DNA of 64,000 nt, taken from Bacteroidales bacterium. GTDB taxonomy: Bacteria; Bacteroidota; Bacteroidia; Bacteroidales; WCHB1-69. Shown here piece by piece: positions 10,342 to 20,441 of this stretch. The notes below the pieces were generated by a model that was not told the DNA's origin, did not search any database, and saw only the letters and a list, made by a program, of their open reading frames with translations. Made by a program: the position numbers and the translations under genes. The stretch is taken from the NCBI GenBank assembly GCA_047638115.1, contig JBLJBB010000010.1:18172-82171 (forward strand), written 5' to 3'. How positions within the stretch are numbered: position 1 is the stretch's first letter; every line of letters begins with the position of its first letter.

Positions 10342-10375
10342 AATTTCAAGAAAGTTTTTTTTAGCAAACAACTTG

Positions 10376-10383
10376 CAAAACTA
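10376..10383 (-). promoter_or_regulatory. candidate -7 box TAGTTTTG for PBP1A
   Basis: The plus strand reads CAAAACTA, 35 nt upstream of the ATG at 10341. Confidence 0.45.
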
Positions 10384-10396
10384 CGATATTTTTTTG

Positions 10397-10404
10397 TATT
10401 TTTG
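10397..10404 (+). promoter_or_regulatory. candidate -7 box TATTTTTG for tRNA-Leu
   Basis: Exact TAnnTTTG match, 66 nt upstream of the mature tRNA 5' end. Confidence 0.4.
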
Positions 10405-10469
10405 CACCCTCAAAATGAGTTCTGAAAATGTTTTTTTATTATGATACTATTTTTAGAATTTCACATAAA

Positions 10470-10553
10470 GCCCAGGTGGTGGAATTGGTAGACACGCTAC
10501 TTTGAGGGGGTAGTGGGAGAACTCCTGTGCAAGTTCGAATCTTGTTCTGGGCA
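10470..10553 (+). tRNA. tRNA-Leu (anticodon GAG)
   Basis: Folded by hand into an 84-nt cloverleaf. Acceptor GCCCAGG/TCTGGGC plus discriminator A. Anticodon stem CTACT/GGTAG with loop TTGAGGG. Long 15-nt variable arm typical of Leu. T arm GCAAG-TTCGAAT-CTTGT. CCA is not encoded. Confidence 0.9.
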
Positions 10554-10568
10554 CATTTAAAAATTAAA

Positions 10569-10594
10569 AAGGCGCTTTAACAAGCGCCTTTTTT
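10569..10594. terminator. bidirectional rho-independent terminator
   Basis: AAGGCGCTT-TAAC-AAGCGCCTT is flanked by an A-run on the left and a T-run on the right. It sits between the tRNA-Leu 3' end and the convergent gene ending at 10602. Confidence 0.8.
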
Positions 10595-10601
10595 AATGAT
10601 A

Positions 10602-12164
10602 CTATTGTTTCATTATTTTCTTAACAATCGTACCCTCTTTGGATTTTATTTTCACAAAATAGATACCTGCAGTATAAGAATTGATATTTAAATCATATTC
10701 TTGAGTATCTAGATTTGGAATAAGCGCAACTTGACGACCTGATAGATCGAATATTGAGATCTCCTGAATGGTTGAATTTACATGTTTAATATTAAAAATT
10801 CCATCGGATGGGTTTGGATGAATTGAAACATCTGATGCCACAAAATCTTCCACTTTCTCCCCTTCATGTCTAGCTCGAAGGTTATAAAAAATAGTATCTA
10901 CTATAGGTTGTGCATTTGGACAAGTTTCAACTTTTAAGACCATTTTGAGTGACTTAACTTGATTTTCTTCAAAAACAGCACTGTCAGAAACTTTTACAAC
11001 CAATTTTGTAGAAACACTTCCTGCTTCCAATGGAAATGAAGTTATAAAATCATCAGATTTAACTAATGTATCACCGATAGGATCAAGATAGTAAACTTCA
11101 TAATCTTGATTAAATACGGCATCGCTATTAGCAGAATCAGCAAAAATAGTAATGGTGTAATCACGTGTAGAATCTGGAGGTAATATTAAATAATAAATGG
11201 TATCACTATTTAATGATTGAATCAACGTTGGGTCTCCAGGGATTGTTGTTGAGTGGTAATTTTTAAATTCTGAAGGAGAAATAAAACTTCCTTGTTTTAA
11301 AAACACACCTGAATCATAGGCATTATCTTGCACATTACCAATTGCTAATTTCATATGATAAGTTGCACAAGGTACAATTCTTGACTTAGCTAAAAGTCCT
11401 AGTGGAATTCCAAAAGGTGAATGGGGACTGTTTGCAGGTATTTTGGTAAATCCATCAAATTGAATTCCAGGATTTCCTGATGCTACTGCATTATAGAAAC
11501 TTGAATAATTCAAATTACAATTGGATGCTGATCCTGCGGAAACACCATTGTTTAAAGTATTTATAGTAACTGGCAATTGTGTTCCTGGAATAATTGCAAT
11601 ATTCCAGGTTGATTGTACACCAGTAACAGGATGTGGACCAGTTAAAAAGAAAGCAAAAATATCATTAAAACTTGAACATACAAATTCAGGATACTCTTCA
11701 GATGCAAAGATATACTCAAATTGAACATTTCCCGAAACAGATAAGAAATCAAACTCTAATTTTGACATTCCTGTAACATTATTTGTTGTTAAAGACTGTA
11801 AATCAGCATCGGTTGTTCCATCATTATTGGATTCAGATGAGCTGCCACTATTATTAGGACCAGGCGCAACTGTAATATTTCCAGTTGTCATAATAATCCC
11901 TCTAAACATGGGGAAATCAGGAAAATTAAAACCATTGGTAAAAATCCCAATTTTTGAAGCTGTAGATGTTGGTAATGCATTAGCAGAGTTATTAAAAGTT
12001 GCATTAGATATGTAAACTCCAGATACAATTGGAGGTAACACAAGTGTTGACAATACCAATTGTTGAGGTGTCATTCCAGCTGGTGACTGAACAGCTATCT
12101 GAGCATTTGATTCAATAGTGCTCATCAAAATCACACAAAGGATAATGGATAAATATTTTTTCAT
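10602..12164 (-). CDS. choice-of-anchor L domain protein with T9SS C-terminal sorting domain
   Basis: Signal peptide. LEFDFLSVSGNVQFEYIFASEEYPEFVCSSFNDIFAFFLTGP is the hallmark block of the choice-of-anchor L family. The C-terminus (IHPNPSDGIFNI...GIYFVKIKSKEGTIVKKIMKQ) is a type-A T9SS CTD. Confidence 0.75.
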   Translation of the reverse strand: MKKYLSIILCVILMSTIESNAQIAVQSPAGMTPQQLVLSTLVLPPIVSGVYISNATFNNSANALPTSTASKIGIFTNGFNFPDFPMFRGIIMTTGNITVAPGPNNSGSSSESNNDGTTDADLQSLTTNNVTGMSKLEFDFLSVSGNVQFEYIFASEEYPEFVCSSFNDIFAFFLTGPHPVTGVQSTWNIAIIPGTQLPVTINTLNNGVSAGSASNCNLNYSSFYNAVASGNPGIQFDGFTKIPANSPHSPFGIPLGLLAKSRIVPCATYHMKLAIGNVQDNAYDSGVFLKQGSFISPSEFKNYHSTTIPGDPTLIQSLNSDTIYYLILPPDSTRDYTITIFADSANSDAVFNQDYEVYYLDPIGDTLVKSDDFITSFPLEAGSVSTKLVVKVSDSAVFEENQVKSLKMVLKVETCPNAQPIVDTIFYNLRARHEGEKVEDFVASDVSIHPNPSDGIFNIKHVNSTIQEISIFDLSGRQVALIPNLDTQEYDLNINSYTAGIYFVKIKSKEGTIVKKIMKQ

Positions 12165-12216
12165 AAGTTAAAAAATTATATATATTATTAGACTAAAATT
12201 TGGCAAAAAAGTTCTG

Positions 12217-12224
12217 CAAATATA
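12217..12224 (-). promoter_or_regulatory. candidate -7 box TATATTTG for the choice-of-anchor L gene
   Basis: The plus strand reads CAAATATA, 53 nt upstream of the start at 12164. Confidence 0.5.
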
Positions 12225-12242
12225 ATAAAAAAAAAAGAAAAA

Positions 12243-13589
12243 TCAAACATTAAAAAAATTCAGAATTCCCACTTTAAGTTCTTGAAGATTTTTTACTTGT
12301 GTTGAATTCTTCAATAACAAATATCTGTAAGCATGAAATACCTTTTTTACATTCATTTTCCAAAAATGAATATATTTAAAAAAGAGTATACTTGTAGAGA
12401 CCCACACTAAAGAAATGAGTATTGATTTCGAAATAAAAAGAACTATAAAGAACAATAAGAGATACCAAACAAGAGATATTACAAATCCAACAGCAAAACG
12501 GATCGTTGAAAAAAGTTGACGATCTTTTAATTTTTTAACAATTAATTCAGGAGTAAAATATACGATCCCATTATTTATTAAACTAAATAGAAATATTGGA
12601 AATGTTAGAAGTAAAGATATATCATTTAGGATAGCAAAAAACCAATTTACTTTACTATTGATAAGCCAATCTCGAAAATTTAATTTTTTCAGTTCCTCTT
12701 GATATATCTTTGTTTTTTCCATCAAGAGTTCAAATTTTTGAGAATCTTTTTGTTTCAATTGATCTATCTCTTGTACCACTTTTTTCTCTTCTAGAAAGTG
12801 ATGATAATAATTTGATTTACCTTGTTTTTTCTCAATTCTTTTATCACTAACCATCAAACGTAATGCATCGTAGTTCTGATAATTTTCTTGATCTTCAATA
12901 TCCATGACCATCTCTTTGAGTATCGATCTTGTTTTCTCATTCAGCTTAGCATAAGCTAAATTTGAATCGGTTTTATGAATTTCAAAAAACTCTTCAAAAG
13001 TAAAAGGTGTTCCAATAATAATCAACAATTTTGATCCCATTTTTTCGTAATGGGTATAGTGTAAACAAACAGGAAGGATTTTTAAATGTAAATTATAATC
13101 AGATATCTCTACTGCAGTAAAACAGATTCTGGGAAACCCTTTTTTAAAATCTCCTAAATATCTCCCATGCTGATGTTGTGCCTCAGGATACATAATTACT
13201 GTACCACCTCTAGCTAAGATATCTCCTGCTGTTGCAAAAGTATTATTATTTTTTCTTATATCAGATCGATCTCCGTCTCGACTTCTAAAAGTGGGTAAAA
13301 CTTTGGCAAATTTTAAAAGTTTTGCAATAAAATCTTTTTTAAAAATATCTCCTCGGGCAATAAATACAGGTTGCCTGTAATCACTAAACATGGTCAATTT
13401 TGCAAGTGGATCCATTAATCCATTCTGATGATTTGAAATGGCAAAACAGGGTTCCCCTTTTTTGGGAATATTCTCTTTCCCAATAACTAAAACTTCATCA
13501 TAAAAAATTGTATTATGAGCAAATTTCATTAAAGAAAATAAGAATTTATATCCAAAAGAATATTTGTCAATATTATCAAAACTGATCAT
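12243..13589 (-). CDS. lysophospholipid (1-acyl-sn-glycerol-3-phosphate) acyltransferase family protein with C-terminal TM extension
   Basis: HX4D motif NHQNGLMD and a YPEAQH block. The last ~130 aa contain several hydrophobic helices. Confidence 0.7.
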   Translation of the reverse strand: MISFDNIDKYSFGYKFLFSLMKFAHNTIFYDEVLVIGKENIPKKGEPCFAISNHQNGLMDPLAKLTMFSDYRQPVFIARGDIFKKDFIAKLLKFAKVLPTFRSRDGDRSDIRKNNNTFATAGDILARGGTVIMYPEAQHQHGRYLGDFKKGFPRICFTAVEISDYNLHLKILPVCLHYTHYEKMGSKLLIIIGTPFTFEEFFEIHKTDSNLAYAKLNEKTRSILKEMVMDIEDQENYQNYDALRLMVSDKRIEKKQGKSNYYHHFLEEKKVVQEIDQLKQKDSQKFELLMEKTKIYQEELKKLNFRDWLINSKVNWFFAILNDISLLLTFPIFLFSLINNGIVYFTPELIVKKLKDRQLFSTIRFAVGFVISLVWYLLLFFIVLFISKSILISLVWVSTSILFFKYIHFWKMNVKKVFHAYRYLLLKNSTQVKNLQELKVGILNFFNV

Positions 13590-13611
13590 AATATGCTAGT
13601 TTAAAGATATT

Positions 13612-15756
13612 TTAATCTCGTAATTCTAATTCTTGAATTAAATTTTGCGCATTGGCATATTTGTCAACGATAAAAAGGAAATATCGTATATCTAAACTAA
13701 TATTTCTACATTTGTTAACATCATAATAGAGATCACTCATTGTACCTTCCCACATTCTATCAAAATTAATACCAACCAACTCCCCATTTCCATTGAGAAT
13801 TGGACTTCCTGAATTTCCACCAGTTGTATGATTACTTGCTAAAAATGCTACTCTTAATACTCCATCACGATCTGCATACTTTCCATAATTTTTAGACAAG
13901 ATCAAATCTTTTAATTTTGAATCCACTTTATAGTCAAAAATATCTGGATCCTCTTTTTCAAGTATCCCTTCAGCAGTAGTATATGGTAAATATCTCATCC
14001 CATCAATGGGTGTAATTCCTTGCACCTGTCCGTAAGCTACGCGCATAGTTAAATTTGCATCTGGAAACTGAACCTTTTCAGGAGTAACTTCCATTAAACA
14101 TTGCATATAACTTTTATAATGATCTTCCAATTGAATTTTTAATATAGGAATTTGTTTATATAATTCTGTTAATGCTAAATATGCAACTTCAAACATATTA
14201 TATTCATCTAACCATTTTTTAACTTTTTTCAAATCTTTTGGTTTTGCATTTGTGACAAACTTCACATAAGATTCTTTAGAAGCAAAAATCGATTTTTCAT
14301 ATAATTGATTTGCTAATAACGTAAGCTCAATTTTTGAAATTGAATGATATTTTTGTAATCCAACTGGCATTAGCTCTTTTTCTAAAGTTGAAAAATAATA
14401 ATGCAATAGTTCAACAAACACCTCTTTATCAATAGGTTTATAAAAATTATTATAAAATGATTCTGCTTGTTCTAACAATTTTGGTTTCAATTCTTCCCAA
14501 ACTATGGTACTTTTTTCAGGATAGACAGATCTTCTATACCTTTCCATAAAGGCAGCAAGTTCAATAACTGGAAATGTCTCTCTTAATATTGCAGTTTGAG
14601 ATTCAAGGATTTTATATTGATCGTAATCTTTTTTAATATCTAAAATTACACTTTTATATTTTTTCGTTAAAACAGGATCATTATCAATAATTTCCTGTAA
14701 TTTACGCTCATCGTTTTGTTTTTTCTGAATAACTTTAGAATCTTGAATACCTTTATTCTCTCCGATCCATTTTTTCCACCCATTGGCAATACTGTTCGCT
14801 TTTGCTGAATACATAAGTCTGATAGATGTAGAGGTTTCCATATGTTTTTTCATAATATCAAGGCGAACTCCTCTTTGATGAATTGCAGGTGGATTTCTAT
14901 AATTAACGACTAAATCAACACCATCAGAAGTTAAATATTGCATCGTTGTTCCTGGATAGCCCAAAACCATAGTAAAATCCCCTTCATTTACCCCTTTCAA
15001 AGAAATGGGTAAATATTTTGGAGAGCTCATAACTATGTTATCAGGTGAATACTCTGCAGGTTTTCCATTTTTGTCAGTGTAAACCCTATATAGTGAAAAA
15101 TCACCCGTATGTCGAGGCCAAACCCAATTATCAGTATCTCCCCCAAACTTCCCAATACTCTCAGGTGGAATTCCTACCAATCTAACATCTTTATACACTT
15201 GATATACAAACATATAATATTGATTACCGTAATAAAAAGGTTTAATTTCAGCACTAAATGATGTTCCTTTTACGGTTTTTTCAATGGTACTTTTAATATT
15301 TTTTTGAATTATCGATTCTCTCTCTTTAAGATCAACAATTTGCTCTGTGCCTGTTAAAACGGATTCAGTAACTTCCTCCATCCTGATTAAAAAAGTTACA
15401 GATAAACCTTCACATGGGATCTCCTCTTTATAAGATTTCGCCCAAAATCCATTATGCAAATAATTGTTTTCCAAAGTACTATATCTTTGAACGTAAGAGT
15501 ATCCACAATGATGATTGGTTAGTAAAAGTCCATTTTTTGAAATCAATTCTGCAGTACATCCTCCTCCGAATAATACAACTGCATCTTTCAAACTACTATT
15601 ATTAATATTGTATACATCTTCTGCAGTGAGCTTAAAACCCAATTTTTGCATCTCAGCTTCGTTCTTTTTTAACAAAATTGGCAACCACATGCCTGCATCG
15701 GCTAAGCAAAATAGTGTTGTTAGGATAAATAACAGTGATAGTAATAATTTTCTCAT
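13612..15756 (-). CDS. S46 family dipeptidyl-peptidase (DPP7/DPP11-like)
   Basis: Signal peptide followed by DAGMWLP. Catalytic His block LLLTNHHCGY and catalytic Ser block TTGGNSGSPILN. The ~714-aa size is typical of S46. Confidence 0.9.
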   Translation of the reverse strand: MRKLLLSLLFILTTLFCLADAGMWLPILLKKNEAEMQKLGFKLTAEDVYNINNSSLKDAVVLFGGGCTAELISKNGLLLTNHHCGYSYVQRYSTLENNYLHNGFWAKSYKEEIPCEGLSVTFLIRMEEVTESVLTGTEQIVDLKERESIIQKNIKSTIEKTVKGTSFSAEIKPFYYGNQYYMFVYQVYKDVRLVGIPPESIGKFGGDTDNWVWPRHTGDFSLYRVYTDKNGKPAEYSPDNIVMSSPKYLPISLKGVNEGDFTMVLGYPGTTMQYLTSDGVDLVVNYRNPPAIHQRGVRLDIMKKHMETSTSIRLMYSAKANSIANGWKKWIGENKGIQDSKVIQKKQNDERKLQEIIDNDPVLTKKYKSVILDIKKDYDQYKILESQTAILRETFPVIELAAFMERYRRSVYPEKSTIVWEELKPKLLEQAESFYNNFYKPIDKEVFVELLHYYFSTLEKELMPVGLQKYHSISKIELTLLANQLYEKSIFASKESYVKFVTNAKPKDLKKVKKWLDEYNMFEVAYLALTELYKQIPILKIQLEDHYKSYMQCLMEVTPEKVQFPDANLTMRVAYGQVQGITPIDGMRYLPYTTAEGILEKEDPDIFDYKVDSKLKDLILSKNYGKYADRDGVLRVAFLASNHTTGGNSGSPILNGNGELVGINFDRMWEGTMSDLYYDVNKCRNISLDIRYFLFIVDKYANAQNLIQELELRD

Positions 15757-15782
15757 AATTAATTTTCTTTTTATTTGATATG

Positions 15783-15790
15783 CAAAAATA
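15783..15790 (-). promoter_or_regulatory. candidate -7 box TATTTTTG for the S46 peptidase gene
   Basis: The plus strand reads CAAAAATA, 27 nt upstream of the start at 15756. Confidence 0.5.
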
Positions 15791-15872
15791 AGAAATTATA
15801 ATAACATGGGATAAAAAATCAAACTTTTTTATTTTTTTGTTTTAATCACTTGTTTAAATCAAAAAATTAGTT

Positions 15873-15880
15873 TACTTTTG
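15873..15880 (+). promoter_or_regulatory. candidate -7 box TACTTTTG for the TetR-efflux operon
   Basis: Exact TAnnTTTG match, 22 nt upstream of the ATG at 15902. Confidence 0.5.
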
Positions 15881-15901
15881 CCATGTTAAAAAAAATTTAA
15901 A

Positions 15902-16561
15902 ATGAAAACAAAAAATATTGTTCCAGAGTTGGATAATACAACGGAAGAGAAAATTAAAAATGCTGCAAGAACAGTATTTCATAAAAACGGATATGCAGTT
16001 ACGCGAACGAGAGATATAGCTGAAGAAGCTGGTGTGAATTTAGCACTACTGAATTACTATTTTCGAAGTAAAGAGAAACTGTTTGATATCATTATGGCTG
16101 AAACTCTCGAAATCTTTTTTGAATCTTTAGCATCCGTCTTTAATGATCAAAACAGCACTTTAGAAGAAAAAATAGATCTCTTAGTTGAAAAATATCTAGA
16201 ACTTTTAAAAACACAACCTGATATACCTGGCTTTATACTGAGTGAAATTCAAAAGAATGCCAAAGGACTAGTTCATCACATGCACTTACGTGATATTGTC
16301 ATAAAATCTTATCTTTTCAAACAAATCAGGGAGCGGATGGGTGATTCAGTTTTTTCTGAAAACTTTATGATCCAAAACATGATGAATATTATTGGGCTTA
16401 TCGTATTCCCATTCATTGGAAGACCGATGTTAAACGAAATATTCGAATTAGACGATGCACGTTTTCAAGCGCTTATTGATGAACGAAAAAAAATGATTCC
16501 CCTTTGGTTTAAATCTATGATAAATATAGAATCCCCAAATGAATCCAAATTACAATTATAA
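15902..16561 (+). CDS. TetR/AcrR family transcriptional regulator
   Basis: N-terminal HTH (AARTVFHKNGYAVTRTRDIAEEAGVNLALLNYYFRSKEKLF). First gene of the efflux operon. Confidence 0.9.
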   Translation: MKTKNIVPELDNTTEEKIKNAARTVFHKNGYAVTRTRDIAEEAGVNLALLNYYFRSKEKLFDIIMAETLEIFFESLASVFNDQNSTLEEKIDLLVEKYLELLKTQPDIPGFILSEIQKNAKGLVHHMHLRDIVIKSYLFKQIRERMGDSVFSENFMIQNMMNIIGLIVFPFIGRPMLNEIFELDDARFQALIDERKKMIPLWFKSMINIESPNESKLQL

Positions 16562-16563
16562 TT

Positions 16564-17868
16564 ATGAAAAAGTTTCAAAAAATCATTAATTGTTTCCTTA
16601 TATTGGTATTGACATCGATTCCCATATCTGGAATTTACGCACAAAACGGGGATAAACTACTCCTCGATTCCTGCATAGTATATGCCATGCAGAATTACCC
16701 TTTAGTAAAACAATTTGGGTTAATAGAGCAAACGACACAATACACTCTATCAAATCTTTCTAAAGGGTATTTTCCGCAAATTTCTATTAATGGACAAGCA
16801 ACCTATCAATCGGATGTTACACAAATTCAAATGAATGGGACTCTCCCACCCCAACTCAATATTGATTTTCCAACCATGGAGAAGGACCAGTATAAAATAT
16901 ATGGTGAGATTGTACAACCACTGACAGATTTTGCAACTATCTACAATTCAAAAAAGATTGTGGATGCTGGTGCGGATGTGGAAAAACAAAAAATTGAAGT
17001 GGAGTTACACAAAATCAGAGAGAAAGTTATTCAAATATTTTTAGGAATCAAACTTTTAGAGGAGCAACTTTTTTTAAATGATCTCCTTCAAAAAGATATA
17101 CTGACAGGTATTGAAAAAACAGAAAAATGGGTTCAAAATGGCGTAGCTTTAAGAAGTAATGTTGATTTATTGAAAGCTGAATTCATTAAATCTCAACAAT
17201 TTCGGCTCGAGATTGAATCAGCTAAAAAAGCTTATATTCAGATGCTTTCTCAATTTATTGGAAAAGAATTAAGTGATCAAGTGGAATTAGAAACTCCCAA
17301 CTCTCCACTATTTCAAGAGAATTTACAAAACCTAAGACCTGAGCTTCTTCTCTTTGATCTACAAAAAAATCTAATAAATAAGCAAAAAGATTTATTAACC
17401 ATCAAAACGATACCCCGATTCTCACTGTTTTTACAATCAGGATATGGAAGACCTGCTTTAAATATGTTAAGTCCAGATTTCGACTTTTATTATATAGGTG
17501 GTGTGAGATTGCAATGGAATTTATCCACATTTTACACTTATAATAAAGAACAGAAGATCTATAATTTGCAACAAAACAGTGTTGATGTTCAGCGTAATAT
17601 TTTCTTATTCAATAACAATCTACAATTGTTACAACAACAAAAAGAGATAGAAAAATATCAAAAAATGATACAAAATGACCGAGAAATTATAAAATTACGA
17701 GTAAATGTAAAGATTAGCGCACAAAACCAACTTGCAGAGGGGACAATTTCGTCAACAGATTATATCACTTTTATCACGGCAGAAGAGCGTGCAAAACAAG
17801 ATCTTGTGCTTCATCAAATGCAACTATTAATAGCAAAATTCCAATACAATTCAATTTTAGGAAAATAA
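16564..17868 (+). CDS. TolC-family outer membrane efflux protein
   Basis: Signal peptide, ~430 aa, two-repeat coiled/beta organisation, and its position between TetR and HlyD genes. Confidence 0.8.
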   Translation: MKKFQKIINCFLILVLTSIPISGIYAQNGDKLLLDSCIVYAMQNYPLVKQFGLIEQTTQYTLSNLSKGYFPQISINGQATYQSDVTQIQMNGTLPPQLNIDFPTMEKDQYKIYGEIVQPLTDFATIYNSKKIVDAGADVEKQKIEVELHKIREKVIQIFLGIKLLEEQLFLNDLLQKDILTGIEKTEKWVQNGVALRSNVDLLKAEFIKSQQFRLEIESAKKAYIQMLSQFIGKELSDQVELETPNSPLFQENLQNLRPELLLFDLQKNLINKQKDLLTIKTIPRFSLFLQSGYGRPALNMLSPDFDFYYIGGVRLQWNLSTFYTYNKEQKIYNLQQNSVDVQRNIFLFNNNLQLLQQQKEIEKYQKMIQNDREIIKLRVNVKISAQNQLAEGTISSTDYITFITAEERAKQDLVLHQMQLLIAKFQYNSILGK

Positions 17869-17881
17869 AACATACCATATT

Positions 17882-18778
17882 ATGAAAAAAATTAACATTA
17901 GTGTTATCATTTTATCCTTTGTGTTACTAGTAACATCTTGTAAAGAGGAGCGACAATTTGATGCCTCTGGCTCTTTTGAGGCGGAAGAGTATATTATTTC
18001 TGCAGAAGGGATGGGAGTAATAAAACAATTCTCCATTGAAGAGGGGCAACTTCTTCAAGCTGGCTCCATTGTTGGCTTTATAGATACCACACAACTTTAT
18101 TTAAAGAAAAAACAATTAGAAGCTCAAATTGGTGCAGTTTTAAGTCGAAAACCTGATATTCAAGTACAAATTGCATCGCTAGAGGAGCAAATAGCCAGTA
18201 TTTTAAAAGAAAAAGAGCGGTTTACCAAGCTAGTAAAATCGGATGCTGCAACTCAAAAACAACTCGATGATATTGATAATCAATATAAAATGCTAAAAAA
18301 ACAACTACAAGCACAACAATCACAATTGTCCATTACCAGTGACGGAGTTACTAAAGAGAGTGTACCATTACGTGTTCAAATGGATCAGATCGAGGATCAA
18401 ATTCAAAAATGTATCATTATCAATCCAATTACTGGAACCGTGTTAACCCGCTATGCTAAAGCACATGAAACAACTGCTAATGGGAAGCCCCTTTATAAAA
18501 TTGCAGATTTGAGCAACATCATTTTAAGAGCATATATCTCAGGAGATCAGCTTCCAAAAGTTAGATTGAACCAAAAAGTAAAAGTGTTCACAGATAATGG
18601 AGATGGCACATTTCATGAAACAGAAGGTGTTATTACTTGGATCAGTGATAAAGCAGAATTTACTCCAAAAACCATTCAAACAAAGAATGAAAGGGCAAAT
18701 TTGGTGTTTGCCATAAAAGTTAGTGTTGTAAATGACGGGAAATTCAAAATTGGAATGTATGGTGAACTCAATTTCTAA
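17882..18778 (+). CDS. HlyD-family periplasmic adaptor (membrane fusion) lipoprotein
   Basis: Lipobox LLVTSC. Lipoyl-like hairpin (GQLLQAGSIVGFID). Long coiled coil, then a beta-barrel C-terminus. Confidence 0.85.
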   Translation: MKKINISVIILSFVLLVTSCKEERQFDASGSFEAEEYIISAEGMGVIKQFSIEEGQLLQAGSIVGFIDTTQLYLKKKQLEAQIGAVLSRKPDIQVQIASLEEQIASILKEKERFTKLVKSDAATQKQLDDIDNQYKMLKKQLQAQQSQLSITSDGVTKESVPLRVQMDQIEDQIQKCIIINPITGTVLTRYAKAHETTANGKPLYKIADLSNIILRAYISGDQLPKVRLNQKVKVFTDNGDGTFHETEGVITWISDKAEFTPKTIQTKNERANLVFAIKVSVVNDGKFKIGMYGELNF

Positions 18779-18781
18779 ACG

Positions 18782-19696
18782 ATGAGAGAGATTGTCTTAC
18801 AGAATATAGTAAAAACTTACGAAAATGGGAAAGTTCAAGCAGTCCGTGATCTCTCTTTGTCGATTCAGGGAAGTGAACTTTTTGGACTCATTGGACCAGA
18901 TGGTGCAGGCAAAACATCCATTTTTAGAATCTTAACTACTTTGCTTTTACCCGATAGTGGATCAGCATTTGTGAATGGTTTTAATGTCGTTAAGGATTAT
19001 AAACAAATCAGAAAAGAGGTGGGATATATGCCTGGAAGGTTCTCTTTGTATCAAGATTTAACAGTTCAAGAAAATCTCACTTTTTTTGCCACTGTTTTTA
19101 ACACTTCCATTGCCGCAAACTACAACCTTATCAAAGATATTTATGTACAAATTGAACCTTTTAAAGATAGAAAAGCGGGAAAACTTTCAGGTGGGATGAA
19201 GCAGAAACTAGCGCTCTGTTGCGCACTAATTCATAGACCTACTGTTCTGTTCCTAGATGAACCCACAACTGGTGTTGATGCTGTTTCTCGAAAAGAGTTC
19301 TGGGAGATGTTACAACGACTGAAAAAAGAGGGGATCACTATTCTGGTTTCTACACCTTATATGGATGAAGCTAATCTTTGCGATCGAATAGCTTTAATTC
19401 AAAATGGTTCATTACTCTCTGTAGAAACTCCAAAAACTATTACATCTCAATATGATAGCACGTTGTTTGCTGTTAGATCAAACCATATGAGTTTGCTCCT
19501 TAAGGAGTTAAAAAGCATTCCCTATATTCAAAGTTGTTTTGGGTTTGGAGATTATCATCACATTACATTTATTGAAAATCAAGATTATTCTGAGCAACTG
19601 AAGTTGGATCTTCAAACCAAGCAAATGGATTCTTTAGAAATCAAAAAAATTGCACCATCAATAGAAGATTGTTTTATTAAACTCATGAACCCATGA
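18782..19696 (+). CDS. ABC transporter ATP-binding protein (with ~70-aa C-terminal extension)
   Basis: Walker A GPDGAGKTS, signature LSGGMKQK, Walker B VLFLDEPT. Confidence 0.95.
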   Translation: MREIVLQNIVKTYENGKVQAVRDLSLSIQGSELFGLIGPDGAGKTSIFRILTTLLLPDSGSAFVNGFNVVKDYKQIRKEVGYMPGRFSLYQDLTVQENLTFFATVFNTSIAANYNLIKDIYVQIEPFKDRKAGKLSGGMKQKLALCCALIHRPTVLFLDEPTTGVDAVSRKEFWEMLQRLKKEGITILVSTPYMDEANLCDRIALIQNGSLLSVETPKTITSQYDSTLFAVRSNHMSLLLKELKSIPYIQSCFGFGDYHHITFIENQDYSEQLKLDLQTKQMDSLEIKKIAPSIEDCFIKLMNP

Positions 19697-20439
19697 AAAA
19701 GGAGATTGTAATTGAAACTGAGAATTTAACCAAACAATTTGGAGATTTTAAAGCTGTGGATGCCATCACTTTTTCAGTTAATGCCGGTGAGATCTTTGGT
19801 TTCTTAGGGGCAAATGGTGCAGGCAAAACAACGGCAATGAGAATGTTATGTGGCTTACTCTCACCCAGCTCCGGAAAAGCAACCATTGCAGGATTTGACA
19901 TTTATAAACAAAACGAAGAGATCAAAAAAAAGATCGGATACATGAGTCAAAGATTCTCATTGTATGAAGATCTTACAGTGTATGAAAACATTCGCTTTTT
20001 TGGTGGTATTTATGGACTTCCCAAAAAACAACTCCAAGAGAGAAGTCACGGAATAATTACCAAATTAGGACTAACAAATTCTCAAAACAAGTTAGTAAGT
20101 TCGCTCCCTTTAGGTTGGAAACAAAAATTAGCTTTTTCTGTTGCCATTCTTCACCAGCCGAAAATTGTATTTTTAGATGAACCAACGGGTGGTGTTGATC
20201 CTGTTACGCGCAGACAGTTTTGGGATTTGATCTATGAAGCATCAGATCAAGGGATTACAGTTTTTGTCACCACACACTACATGGATGAAGCAGAATATTG
20301 TGATAGAATCTCTATTATGGTAGATGGCGCAATCCATGCTATGGATACTCCTTTAAACCTCAAAACTACATATCACGTGAATAGTATCGATGAACTTTTT
20401 TATCAACTGGCCAGAGGCGCAAAAAGAAACGGAGATTGA
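19693..20439 (+). CDS. ABC transporter ATP-binding protein
   Basis: Walker A GANGAGKTT, degenerate signature LPLGWKQK, Walker B IVFLDEPT. ATGA overlap with the upstream gene. Confidence 0.95.
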   Translation: MKKEIVIETENLTKQFGDFKAVDAITFSVNAGEIFGFLGANGAGKTTAMRMLCGLLSPSSGKATIAGFDIYKQNEEIKKKIGYMSQRFSLYEDLTVYENIRFFGGIYGLPKKQLQERSHGIITKLGLTNSQNKLVSSLPLGWKQKLAFSVAILHQPKIVFLDEPTGGVDPVTRRQFWDLIYEASDQGITVFVTTHYMDEAEYCDRISIMVDGAIHAMDTPLNLKTTYHVNSIDELFYQLARGAKRNGD

Positions 20440-20441
20440 TT